A DNA stretch of 64,000 bases from an uncultured delta proteobacterium (lineage in GTDB: Bacteria > Myxococcota_A > UBA9160 > SMWR01). The position numbers and the translations under genes are program-made. The stretch covers positions 608,001-672,000 of the forward strand of contig CAWHTE010000001.1 in assembly GCA_963832165.1 (NCBI GenBank), in the 5' to 3' direction. Each line of letters opens with the position of its first letter. The first letter of the stretch is position 1. Positions 29,690-38,750 of the stretch are shown here, one piece after another. The notes beneath the pieces are model-generated. The model was given only the letters and a program-made list of their open reading frames with translations. It searched no databases and was not told where the DNA came from.

Positions 29690-29756
29690 GGGCGGATTCT
29701 CGCACAGACGGCTATTGGTGCCGGCTCGCCAGAGTTGGACCAGGAGGAGCAGCGAA

Positions 29757-30659
29757 ATGGGGATCTGTGAAGGGCGCGTGGTGATCGTGACCGGAGCCGG
29801 GCGCGGGATCGGCCGCGAGCATGCACTCGAGCTCGCGCGCCAGGGCGCGCGCGTCGTGGTGAACGACCTCGGCGCGACGACGGGCGGCGACGGTGCAGAC
29901 GCGAGCCCCGCGCAGGAAGTGGCAGCGGAGGTCCGTCGCCTCGGTGGCGAAGCGATCGTCGATGGGTCGGACGTCGCCGACTTCGAGCAGGCCGCCGGGC
30001 TCGTGAAGGCGGCCGTCGATGCGTTCGGTCGGCTCGACGCCGTGGTGAACAACGCGGGCATCCTGCGCGACCGCATGTTCGCGAACACCTCGATCGAGGA
30101 GTGGGACGCGATCATGCACGTGCACCTGCGCGGGCATTTCTGTGTCAGTCGGCACGCGTGCGCGCACTGGCGCGATCGCTCGAAGGCCGGCGAGCGCGTC
30201 GCGGCGCGGATCGTGAACACGAGCTCGGGCGCGGGTCTCCAGGGCAGCGTCGGCCAGAGCAACTACGCCGCGGCGAAGGCCGGCATCGCCGGGCTCACGC
30301 TCGTGCAGGCGGTGGAGCTGGCGCGCTACGGAGTCACCGCGAACGCGATTGCGCCGTCCGCGCGCACGCGCCTCACCGAGAACGTCTTCCCGGACATGAT
30401 GCGCAAGCCCGAGTCGGGCTTCGACGTGATGGATCCTGCGAACATCGCGCCGCTGGTCGCCTGGCTGTGCAGCGAGGAGTCGGGCGACGTCACGGGCCGC
30501 GTGTTCGAGATCGAGGGCGGAAAGATCAGCGTCGCCGACGGCTGGCGCACCGGCCCCGCGATCGATCGCGGCGGGCGCTGGGACCCCACCGAAGTGGGCG
30601 ACGCCGTGCGCGAGATCATCAGCAAGGCGGTTCCGCCGCAGAAGGTGTTCGGAACCTGA
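29757..30659 (+). CDS. Short-chain dehydrogenase/reductase
   Basis: TGAGRGIG, NNAGILRD, NYAAAK. Confidence 0.93.
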   Translation: MGICEGRVVIVTGAGRGIGREHALELARQGARVVVNDLGATTGGDGADASPAQEVAAEVRRLGGEAIVDGSDVADFEQAAGLVKAAVDAFGRLDAVVNNAGILRDRMFANTSIEEWDAIMHVHLRGHFCVSRHACAHWRDRSKAGERVAARIVNTSSGAGLQGSVGQSNYAAAKAGIAGLTLVQAVELARYGVTANAIAPSARTRLTENVFPDMMRKPESGFDVMDPANIAPLVAWLCSEESGDVTGRVFEIEGGKISVADGWRTGPAIDRGGRWDPTEVGDAVREIISKAVPPQKVFGT

Positions 30660-30917
30660 TCCGCTCGCGCTGCCCGGAAAGGCCGAACGGGGCGGTGCCG
30701 TCGCCAACCCCACGGCACCGTCCCGCTCACTCTGCGCAGCGTCATCCGAGCGGCTTCTCGCTCCGCCGCGCAACCCAGGACTGCGGCCTGACTCGTGTCC
30801 TGGGAATCCGAGCTCCCCGGCGAAGGAAGGCTCGGAGCCACTCTGATCCGGTTCGAAGATCGAATCAAGTAATTTGATCATCGAATCAAGAAAACTCCAT
30901 GACTCGTCCCTGGAGCT

Positions 30918-32048
30918 CTACTCGGGCGATATCGAGCGCAGGACCGCGCGGCGGAACGCTCGGATCACGGGCAGCCGGTCGAGCCACGGCGACGCGTCCG
31001 CGCGCGACGGGTCGCGCGGGTGGGGCGGGCCCGCGTAGCCGCGAGGGATCTGCTCGAACCCCGGGAGGTCGTCGCCGGTGTTGTACTCGAAGCCCGGCAC
31101 GCAGAGGTCGTCGTCGATCGCGACGTCGATCGTGCGCACGCCGAAGCTCGACAGCTCGGTGGTGGTGGCCTGCGGTGGGATGATCCAGACGTGCTGCGGC
31201 CCGGCCATGAACAGGTACTGGATGAGCCGGTTGCGCGAGAGGATCCGGAAGCGGTGCACGGCGCCGCCGTAGAGCGAGCTGTCGAGGACGGTCTGTTCGA
31301 GCACGCCGCGCGAGAAGTCGGGCGCGAAGCCGTTCGCGAAGCGCAGAGAGGCCGGGTCGCCCGCGCGCGCGAAGCCCGCGATCGGACGTCCGCCGTTCAC
31401 GAGGTTGCGCGGGTTCGCGCGCGCACGTCGGCGCGGCGCGGTGAAGCTCGAGTACGCGGCGATCCGATCGTCGGGCGCGCGGCGCAGCACGCGCGCGATC
31501 GCGTCGGGGTCGTAGGGCACGCGCTTCGCGCCGCGGTTCAGGCGCTCGAATGCATCCTGGACCTCGAGCGGGAGGTCGGTCGTGGATTCGTGGGAAGACT
31601 CGATCTCGTAGCCGCCGTCGCGGATCACGCGCGCGTCACCCTTGCCGATCCAGTTCTCGCGCGCCGAGCGCGCGAAGTGCGACGCGCAGCGCCAGATCAG
31701 CGACACGTCCTTGTAGAACAGCCGCGCGTGGATGCGCTCGCATTCTCCCGCGCGCGCGACATAGCCGACGGTGAAGCGCAGGTCTTCGTTCTGTCGCGCC
31801 GCGGAGAGGTAGTAGGTGGTGTCGAACAGGTCGATGCGGAAGCGCGGCACGTAGCCCTGCGCGAGCAGACGCTCCGGGCGTGCATGGTTCGATCCGTCGC
31901 AGCAGAGCAGGGCGCCGCGCGCGATCCGCGCGCGGAACTCGCGCTCGACCGCGCGCGGCGTCAGCGGCGCGAGTTCTGCGCTCGCGGCGACGCGGCGCGG
32001 GATTTCGAGCGGTACGGACGTCCTGCAGACACGACGCGGCGTCGCCAT
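30918..32048 (-). CDS. Hypothetical protein
   Basis: 376-aa ORF with normal composition filling the gap; no family recognised. Confidence 0.65.
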   Translation of the reverse strand: MATPRRVCRTSVPLEIPRRVAASAELAPLTPRAVEREFRARIARGALLCCDGSNHARPERLLAQGYVPRFRIDLFDTTYYLSAARQNEDLRFTVGYVARAGECERIHARLFYKDVSLIWRCASHFARSARENWIGKGDARVIRDGGYEIESSHESTTDLPLEVQDAFERLNRGAKRVPYDPDAIARVLRRAPDDRIAAYSSFTAPRRRARANPRNLVNGGRPIAGFARAGDPASLRFANGFAPDFSRGVLEQTVLDSSLYGGAVHRFRILSRNRLIQYLFMAGPQHVWIIPPQATTTELSSFGVRTIDVAIDDDLCVPGFEYNTGDDLPGFEQIPRGYAGPPHPRDPSRADASPWLDRLPVIRAFRRAVLRSISPE

Positions 32049-32093
32049 CGGGGCGCGATTCTACTACTGTGCGCAGCCTCGCCGGAGGAACTC

Positions 32094-32615
32094 ATGCGCC
32101 TTGCACTCGTGCTTTCACTCGCGCTCGTCGCGTTCGGCTGCTCTGGAGGCAGCGAGGATTCGCAGTCGGCGGGTGAGCCGCCCGCCGCCGCGCCCGAAGC
32201 GAGCCCGGCCCCGTCCGAGGCCCCGCCCGAAGCGAGCCCGGCCGCGCCCGAAGCGGCGCCCGCGGCACCCGGAAGCGTCGGCGAGACGATCACGCTGCCG
32301 AGCGGCGTGAAGATCACCCACCGCGTGTTCGGCTCCGGGCGGAACCCGGCCGCGACCGACCGCGTCACGGTCCACTACCACGGCACGTTCACGGACGGAA
32401 AGGTGTTCGACAGCAACGTCGGCGGCACGCCCGCCACCTTCCCGCTCAACCGCGTGATCGCGTGCTGGACCGAAGGGGTTCAGCTGATCAAGGAGGGCGG
32501 CAAGGCCCAGCTCACCTGCCCGCCGGAGACCGCCTACGGTGAGCGCGGGCAGCCGCCCGTGATCCCGCCCAACGCCACGCTCCAGTTCGAGGTCGAGCTG
32601 GTCAAGGTCATGTAG
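32094..32615 (+). CDS. FKBP-type peptidyl-prolyl isomerase, lipoprotein with Pro/Ala-rich linker
   Basis: Lipobox VAFGC; PEASPA repeats; VTVHYHGTFTDGKVFDS, VIACWTEG, IPPNATLQFEVEL. Confidence 0.92.
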   Translation: MRLALVLSLALVAFGCSGGSEDSQSAGEPPAAAPEASPAPSEAPPEASPAAPEAAPAAPGSVGETITLPSGVKITHRVFGSGRNPAATDRVTVHYHGTFTDGKVFDSNVGGTPATFPLNRVIACWTEGVQLIKEGGKAQLTCPPETAYGERGQPPVIPPNATLQFEVELVKVM

Positions 32616-32641
32616 CCCTGCCCGAGGTCGTCCCGCGCAGG

Positions 32642-32691
32642 AAGATACATACAAGTATATTCTTGCAATCTGGTGTAAGGACGATTAGCCT
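32642..32691 (+). promoter_or_regulatory. sigma70 promoter (TTGCAA-N17-TAGCCT) with adjacent AT-rich imperfect palindrome (probable TetR operator)
   Basis: AAGATACATAC-AA-GTATATTCTT at 32642-32664 overlaps the -35; -10 lies 6 nt before the GTG start. Confidence 0.55.
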
Positions 32692-32697
32692 GGGCTC

Positions 32698-33318
32698 GTG
32701 AGCCAGGCCCCGGATGTCTCCCGACGCGAGCGGCGCAAGCTCGAAGTGCGCGCGCGCATCGTCGCTGCAGGCCTCGAGTTGTTCCGCGCGCGCGGCTTCG
32801 CGGATACCAAGGTTTCCGAGATCTGCGACCGCGCCGACGTCGCGCACAAGACCTTCTTCAATCACTTCCCGTCGAAGCAGGAGCTCGTGCGCGAGATCGC
32901 GCAGCACTCGATCGGGGAGCTCCTGATCGACATCGAGACGGCGCGCAAGGCGGGTGTGAACACGGCGGATCGGCTCGCGCGGTTCTTCGCGGGCATGGCG
33001 CAGCGCAGCCTCGAGGCCGGGCCGATGTTCCGCGAGGTCGTCACCGAGCTCGTGCACGTGGTGCACGAGTCGGCGTCGCGCTCCGAGCAGGCGCGCCGGC
33101 TCCACGACGCGTTCGGCGCGATCGTGGCCGACGGACTCGCGGCCGGCGACGTCACGCGCCGCCACGGCGCGGAGACGCTCACCGAGATGATCATGGGCGC
33201 CTACTACGTGCTCATCTTCAACTACGCCAACCTCGACGACTTCCCGCTCGCAGACCAGGCGGCGGCGGTGGCGCGCTTCCTCGGCGATGCGCTGGCTCCG
33301 TCCGCCGTAGAGGAGTAG
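32698..33318 (+). CDS. TetR/AcrR-family regulator
   Basis: RRERRK..RARIVAAGLELFRARGF..TKVSEICDRADVAHKTFFNHFPSK. Confidence 0.93.
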   Translation: MSQAPDVSRRERRKLEVRARIVAAGLELFRARGFADTKVSEICDRADVAHKTFFNHFPSKQELVREIAQHSIGELLIDIETARKAGVNTADRLARFFAGMAQRSLEAGPMFREVVTELVHVVHESASRSEQARRLHDAFGAIVADGLAAGDVTRRHGAETLTEMIMGAYYVLIFNYANLDDFPLADQAAAVARFLGDALAPSAVEE

Positions 33319-33320
33319 TC

Positions 33321-34298
33321 ATGGCTCGACGCGAAGACCACCACGATCCGCTTCCGATTCCGAACGGCTGGTTCGCAGTTGCGTGGAGCCGCGAGCTGCA
33401 CGCGGGCGACGTGCGGCCGATCCACTACTTCGGCCAGGACATGGTGCTGTTCCGCACGCGCTCGGGTCAGGCGCGCTTGCTCGACGCGTTCTGTCCCCAC
33501 CTGGGCGCCCACATCGGCTACGGCGGCCGCGTGATGGGCGAGACCGTGCGTTGCCCGTTCCACGGCTGGCAGTTCGACGGGACGAACGGTGGCTGCGTGC
33601 ACATCCCCTACTGCGAGAAGATTCCGCCGCGCGCGCAGCTGCGCTCGTGGGACGTGCAGGAGAAGAACGGCATGGTGTTCGTGTGGCACCACGCCGAGGC
33701 CAAGCCGCCCGACTGGGACTTCCCCGTGCTGCCCGAGATCGGACACGACGACTGGTCCGAGCCGCGCACGTTCGAGCTCGAGATGGAGGCGTACGTCCAG
33801 GACACCCACGAGAACAACAACGACCCGGTGCACTTCCAGTACGTGCACGGGATGATGGCGACGCCGCCCTCGGAGATCCGCTACAGCGAGGACAGCACGC
33901 ACTATCGGATCACGAGCACGAGCGAGCAGGTGACGCCGCTCGGCACGTTCCAGATGACGCTCGTGCGCGACTCGTGGGGGCTCGGACTCACGGCGGTGAG
34001 CAGCGTCGGCATTCCCGATGCGGGCCTGCTCATGTACTCGTCGACCACGCCGATCGACGAGACGCGCGTGCACTCGCGCTGGCTGCTCACCGCGACCAAC
34101 AACCTCGTCGACATCGCGGGCGAGGAGTTCATGAAGGGCCTCACGCAGGGCGTGCAGCAGGACATGCCGATCTGGCGCAACAAGGTGCACCGCGCGCGCC
34201 CCGTGCTATGCGAGGCTGACACCTTCCTGGCCGAGTTCCGGAAGTGGGCGCGCCAGTTCTATTGCCAGCCGCCCGCGAGCGAAGGATCGCCGCGGTGA
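33321..34298 (+). CDS. Rieske non-heme iron oxygenase (KshA / sterol desaturase-like)
   Basis: CPHLG...CPFHGW Rieske motif; ENNNDPVHFQYVH iron motif; QDMPIWRNK. Confidence 0.88.
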   Translation: MARREDHHDPLPIPNGWFAVAWSRELHAGDVRPIHYFGQDMVLFRTRSGQARLLDAFCPHLGAHIGYGGRVMGETVRCPFHGWQFDGTNGGCVHIPYCEKIPPRAQLRSWDVQEKNGMVFVWHHAEAKPPDWDFPVLPEIGHDDWSEPRTFELEMEAYVQDTHENNNDPVHFQYVHGMMATPPSEIRYSEDSTHYRITSTSEQVTPLGTFQMTLVRDSWGLGLTAVSSVGIPDAGLLMYSSTTPIDETRVHSRWLLTATNNLVDIAGEEFMKGLTQGVQQDMPIWRNKVHRARPVLCEADTFLAEFRKWARQFYCQPPASEGSPR

Positions 34299-35536
34299 GC
34301 GAGCGCTATCTCGTGATCTCGTCCGACGGGCACGCGGGCCTGCCGCCCGAGCGCTACAAGGACTACCTCGAGAAGAAGTACCACGCCGCGTTCGACGCGG
34401 CGCTGCCGATCCAGATCGCGATGACGAAGGCCGCGGAGCAGCGGTTCTTGATCGCGGACATCAACGCGGAGTGGCGGCTCGGCCGCGAGCGCGCGCTCTC
34501 GGGCGCATGGGATTCCGACGCGCGTCTCGCCGTGATCGACGGCGACGGCGTCGCGGGTGAGATCCTGTTCCCGGACGGGATCACCGAGATGAACGCGCCG
34601 CCGTTCGGCGGCGGCTTCTCGATGCCGGCCGAAGGCGTCGTGCCCGAGCTGCAGTGGGCGGGTTGTCGCGCACACAACCGCTGGATGTCCGAGTTCGTGT
34701 CGATGGCTCCCGAGCGGCGCGTCGGACTCGCGTGCGTGCCCGTGTTCTGGGAGGTCGCGGACGCGGTCGCCGAGATCCGCTGGGCGAAGGAGCACGGCCT
34801 CGGCGGATTGATCTTCCCCGTGCAGTGGGGCTCGCGTCCGCCCTATCACCACCCGCGCTACGACCCGATCTGGGCCGTGTGCGAGGAGCTGGGCCTGCCG
34901 ATCCACTTCCACTCGGGGCCCGCGCCCGTGCAGGACTACTTCGGCCCGATTCCCGCACAGCCCGGCCAGCCCGAGCTGCCCGGCGCGATGGGGATCTACG
35001 TCTCCGAAGTGGTGATGTGGAACGTGCGGCCGCTCACGTTCCTGATCTGGGGCGGCGTCTTCGAGCGCTTCCCGAAGCTCAAGGTCGCGATCACCGAGGG
35101 CACGACGGTCTGGGTGCCGGAGTATCTGACGCTGCTCGACTTCCGCTACGCGGAGAGCCACTACGCGCAGAAGCTCGGCGACTATCGCAGCCACCTCACG
35201 ATGAAGCCGTCCGAGTATTTCGCGCGCAACGTGCGGCTCGGCGCGTCGTGCATGCCGCGCCGCGAGGCGATGCTGCGCCACGAGATCGGGATCGCGCAGA
35301 TCATGTGGGGCAGCGACTTCCCGCATCCGGAAGGCAGCTGGCCCGTGACGCGCGAGCAGATGATCGAGACGTTCCGCGGGCTCCCCGACGCCGAGATCGC
35401 GGCGATGCTCGGCGGCAACGCCGTGGAGTTCTACGGCTTCGACGCCGAGAAGCTCGCGCCGATCGCGGCCCGGATCGGGCCGCGCAGGAGCGATTTCCAG
35501 ACCTCGAATTCCGCCACCCAGGAGGCCTCCGCATGA
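34295..35536 (+). CDS. Amidohydrolase family protein
   Basis: ISSDGHAG, IHFHSG, ITEG, WGSDFPHPEG; GTGA overlap. Confidence 0.87.
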   Translation: MSERYLVISSDGHAGLPPERYKDYLEKKYHAAFDAALPIQIAMTKAAEQRFLIADINAEWRLGRERALSGAWDSDARLAVIDGDGVAGEILFPDGITEMNAPPFGGGFSMPAEGVVPELQWAGCRAHNRWMSEFVSMAPERRVGLACVPVFWEVADAVAEIRWAKEHGLGGLIFPVQWGSRPPYHHPRYDPIWAVCEELGLPIHFHSGPAPVQDYFGPIPAQPGQPELPGAMGIYVSEVVMWNVRPLTFLIWGGVFERFPKLKVAITEGTTVWVPEYLTLLDFRYAESHYAQKLGDYRSHLTMKPSEYFARNVRLGASCMPRREAMLRHEIGIAQIMWGSDFPHPEGSWPVTREQMIETFRGLPDAEIAAMLGGNAVEFYGFDAEKLAPIAARIGPRRSDFQTSNSATQEASA

Positions 35537-36327
35537 CCCGGCTCCGCTACGTGAAGACGCTCGAGCAGGTGAAGAAGGCGCGCGAGAACGACCAGGAGTT
35601 CTTGCAGAGCTCGATGCGCCAGATCCGCGCCGAGTACGAGACCGACGAGAAGATCTACCGCGCGCTCGTGGCGAAGCCGCTGGAGCCGCTCGCGCGGCCG
35701 ACGGTGTGCGTGACGTTCACGGACATCGCGATGCACGTGTCGCCCGAGCGTACGATCACGATCGGTGCGGCGATCTTCGGCGTGAAGGTGGCCTACGACG
35801 GCGTCGAGGGGGTCTCCCTGATCACGATGCCGATGACCACCGAGCAGGCCGTGGTGCCGGGCCGCGAGACCTACGGCGAGGCGAAGAAGATCGCGCAGAT
35901 CGAGCTGCACAAAGACGGCGACCGCGTGCGCGCGTCGGTGTCGCGCATGGGCTTCACCTACCTGTCCGCCGAAGGCGCGATCGGCAAGGAGATCGGCCCG
36001 CGCGAGTTCACGCAGCACGGCTACTGCTTCAAGATGTTCCCGTCGTGCGAGCAACAGAAGCACTTCGACTTCGATCCGCTCCTGATTCGGCTGAACTGGA
36101 TCCAGAAGCACACGGGCTCGTGGGAGCTCGACGGCAAGCTCACGCTCGGCGAGTCGCCGCTCGATCCGGTCGCCGACGTGCCCGTGCGCAAGCTCACGCG
36201 CTTCGAGTACGAGGAGGGGTCCACGCAGAGCAACGGGCGCGTGCTGCGCAGCGTGCCCGAGGAGTGGATGCTGCCGATCCTGCACCAGCGCTACGACGAC
36301 GTGTCGGGCGAAGGGCTCGAGCTCTAA
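35533..36327 (+). CDS. Acetoacetate decarboxylase-like family protein
   Basis: GRETYGEAKK (Schiff-base Lys region), SPLDPVADVPV. Confidence 0.8.
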   Translation: MTRLRYVKTLEQVKKARENDQEFLQSSMRQIRAEYETDEKIYRALVAKPLEPLARPTVCVTFTDIAMHVSPERTITIGAAIFGVKVAYDGVEGVSLITMPMTTEQAVVPGRETYGEAKKIAQIELHKDGDRVRASVSRMGFTYLSAEGAIGKEIGPREFTQHGYCFKMFPSCEQQKHFDFDPLLIRLNWIQKHTGSWELDGKLTLGESPLDPVADVPVRKLTRFEYEEGSTQSNGRVLRSVPEEWMLPILHQRYDDVSGEGLEL

Positions 36328-36328
36328 C

Positions 36329-37210
36329 GTGCGCGAGTTCAAGGGCCGCGTGGCGGTGGTGACGGGTGGCGCGAGCGGAATCGGCCGCGCGATGGCCGGT
36401 GCGTTCGCGCGCGAAGGCATGAAGGTGGTGCTCGCCGACGTCGAGTCGCGCGCGCTCGAGAAGACGTCGGGCGAACTGCGCGCGCTCGGCGCGGAGGTGC
36501 AGAGCGTCGTCACCGACGTCTCGAAGGGCGACGCGGTGCAGACGCTCGCCGACCGCGTGTTCTCGAGCTGGGGCGCGTGCCACATCCTGTGCAACAACGC
36601 GGGCGTGGGCGCGCCGTCGGCGCCGGTCTGGGAGACCACGCCCAACGACTGGGCGTGGATCTACGGCGTGAACGTGATGGGCGTCGTGCACGGCATCCAC
36701 GCGTTCGTTCCGCGCATGCTCGCGTCGGGCGAAGAGGGGCTCGTGATCAACACGTCGTCGGGCGACGGCGGGATCGAGCCGCTGCCCGACCAGGCCGTCT
36801 ACGCGTCGAGCAAGGCCGCCGTGTCGATCATCACCGAGTGCCTCGGCGCACAGCTCGCGGCGCAGAGCGATCTCGTGCGCGCGATGGTGTTCTACCCGTC
36901 GGGCGGGCTGCTCGACACCGGGATCTGGAGCTGCGATCGCAACCGGCCCGCCGAGCTCGCGCGCGAGGTGCCCGTGGCGGGCGAGCCGCAGACGCTCGAG
37001 AAGTTCCGTGCGATGGCCCAGAAGGCCGGCATGGACCTGCCCGTGCAGGACCTCGACGAGCTGGCCCAGCATCTGCTCGGTGACATCCGCGCGGGCCGCT
37101 TCGTATCGATGATCGGCCGCGAGCACGCGGGGCAGACGCTCGAGCAGCGCGCAAAGCGGATCGGCGCGGGTGAGCTGCCGCAGGCGCCGAGCCGCGGGAT
37201 GATGATCTGA
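36329..37210 (+). CDS. Short-chain dehydrogenase/reductase
   Basis: TGGASGIG, NNAGVG, YASSK. Confidence 0.93.
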   Translation: MREFKGRVAVVTGGASGIGRAMAGAFAREGMKVVLADVESRALEKTSGELRALGAEVQSVVTDVSKGDAVQTLADRVFSSWGACHILCNNAGVGAPSAPVWETTPNDWAWIYGVNVMGVVHGIHAFVPRMLASGEEGLVINTSSGDGGIEPLPDQAVYASSKAAVSIITECLGAQLAAQSDLVRAMVFYPSGGLLDTGIWSCDRNRPAELAREVPVAGEPQTLEKFRAMAQKAGMDLPVQDLDELAQHLLGDIRAGRFVSMIGREHAGQTLEQRAKRIGAGELPQAPSRGMMI

Positions 37211-37340
37211 GCCGGGCCGCCACTCCCTGATCCCGGGGGAAAAGTGGGAATTCGTTTCTCCGAGGGAAGCGATTTTCCGGTCTCGCGACCAAGAATGGGC
37301 GTAAGGCGCCGTCTCGTGCCGCCCCGTGCCTTCTCGTGGC

Positions 37341-37355
37341 TGGCATGGGACTTGC
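37341..37355 (+). promoter_or_regulatory. sigma54 -24/-12 promoter
   Basis: TGGCAT-GGGAC-TTGC, about 40 nt upstream of the PEP-CTERM gene. Confidence 0.7.
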
Positions 37356-37395
37356 CTCTCATCTTGCGCAGCGCTGCACTCCTGGGGAGGGATTC

Positions 37396-37890
37396 ATGAA
37401 GTCGATGCTCAGGCTGTTCACGCTCGCGCTGGTCTCGATCGGACTCGCGGCGGGGAGTGCGCACGCGGCGATCCAGCAGTTCACGGTCCCGCTGATCGGG
37501 TCCGAAGAGGTCGCCCCCAACATCGGCGACCCCGACGGATTCGGTACGGCGATCCTGCTGATCGACGACGTCGCGCTCACGATCGACTGGAACATCACCG
37601 TGAACAACATCGACGCGGTGATCGCTGACCACATCCACTCGGGTGCAGCCGGTACGAACGGTCCGGTTGTGGTCGACTTCAGCGGCCAGCTCGTCGGCTC
37701 GGGTCTCGCCGATCCGGATCTGGCGAATGTCCTCGCAAACCCGAGCCTCTTCTACGTGAACGTCCACACCACCGCGCACACGGGTGGCGCGATCCGCGGA
37801 CAGATCCCGGAGCCCGGTCCCGCGCTGCTCGTCGCGATGGGGTTGGTGGGGATCTCGCTGATCCGCCGGCGAGCGCGCACCGCGCGCTAG
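37396..37890 (+). CDS. CHRD-domain protein with PEP-CTERM sorting signal
   Basis: Signal peptide; HIHSGAAGTNGPVV, FYVNVHT...GAIRGQ; IPEP + TM + RRR tail. Confidence 0.88.
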   Translation: MKSMLRLFTLALVSIGLAAGSAHAAIQQFTVPLIGSEEVAPNIGDPDGFGTAILLIDDVALTIDWNITVNNIDAVIADHIHSGAAGTNGPVVVDFSGQLVGSGLADPDLANVLANPSLFYVNVHTTAHTGGAIRGQIPEPGPALLVAMGLVGISLIRRRARTAR

Positions 37891-38745
37891 TCAAGCTCCG
37901 TGCTTGCCGAGGTGGTCGAGCAATAGCGCTGCGAGGCGCTCCGAGGCGTGCTCGGGGATCCAGTGGTCGATGGATTCGAGGATCTCGAAGCGGTAGTCGC
38001 CTAGCACGTAGTCGCGCGTCCACTCCGCGGCTTCGCGGCCGAGCGCGAGGTCGGCCGTGCTCCAGACGTAGAGCGTCGGCACGCGGACCGGCGCGCCGTT
38101 CGGGTCGGCCGGATCCCCCGCGCGGTACCAGTTCAGGAACGCCGTGAGCACCGCGCGGTCGGAGAATGCGGCCACGCACGGCTGCGCCTCCTCCTCGCTG
38201 AGCCCGGCCGCCGCGTAGATCGCGCGCAGTCCCTCGACGCCGCCTCCGAGCCACATGTCCTCGCCCGCGCCCTCGGTGCGGAAGATCGCCATGTAGGCGG
38301 AGCGCTGCGCCTGGTCCGTCGACGGATCGTCGATCGCCCGCCGGAACGCGAGCGGGTGGGGCGTGGAAGCGACGCCGAGCGAGAGGAGCCGCTCCGGGTG
38401 GCGCGCGGCCACCTGCCAGGCCAGTGCGCCGCCCCAGTCGTGCCCGACGAGATGGAACCGCTGCGCACCGAGCGCATCGGCGATGCCGAGCACATCGGAG
38501 ACGAGCGGCTCGGTCGCGTAGGCATCGCGCTCCGCGGGCCGGGCACCCGGTGAGACGCCGCGCAGGTTCGGCGCGACGCAGCGGTAGCCCGCGCGCGCGA
38601 GCGGCGCCACGACCCGCCGCCACGAATGCGCAGTCTGCGGAAAGCCGTGCAAGAGCAGCACCCGATCGCCGCTCTCGGGTCCCGCGCACAGGGCGTCGAA
38701 GTGCCAGCCGTTCGCGGCGAGCCGTGTGGTATCGATCGGCCCCAG
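37891..38745 (-). CDS. Alpha/beta hydrolase (epoxide hydrolase-like); probable CTG start
   Basis: LLHGFP, HLVGHDWGG, LNWYRA, HWIPE; homology-like sequence extends upstream of the GTG at 38661. Confidence 0.85.
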   Translation of the reverse strand: MGPIDTTRLAANGWHFDALCAGPESGDRVLLLHGFPQTAHSWRRVVAPLARAGYRCVAPNLRGVSPGARPAERDAYATEPLVSDVLGIADALGAQRFHLVGHDWGGALAWQVAARHPERLLSLGVASTPHPLAFRRAIDDPSTDQAQRSAYMAIFRTEGAGEDMWLGGGVEGLRAIYAAAGLSEEEAQPCVAAFSDRAVLTAFLNWYRAGDPADPNGAPVRVPTLYVWSTADLALGREAAEWTRDYVLGDYRFEILESIDHWIPEHASERLAALLLDHLGKHGA

Positions 38746-38750
38746 GGCGG

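Noticed and set aside
30845..30860. GGTTCGAA as a tRNA T-loop
   Set aside because: No cloverleaf or acceptor stem can be built around it
32185..32270. Tandem CCCGAAGCGAGCCCGGCC repeats
   Set aside because: They simply encode the Pro/Ala linker of the FKBP lipoprotein
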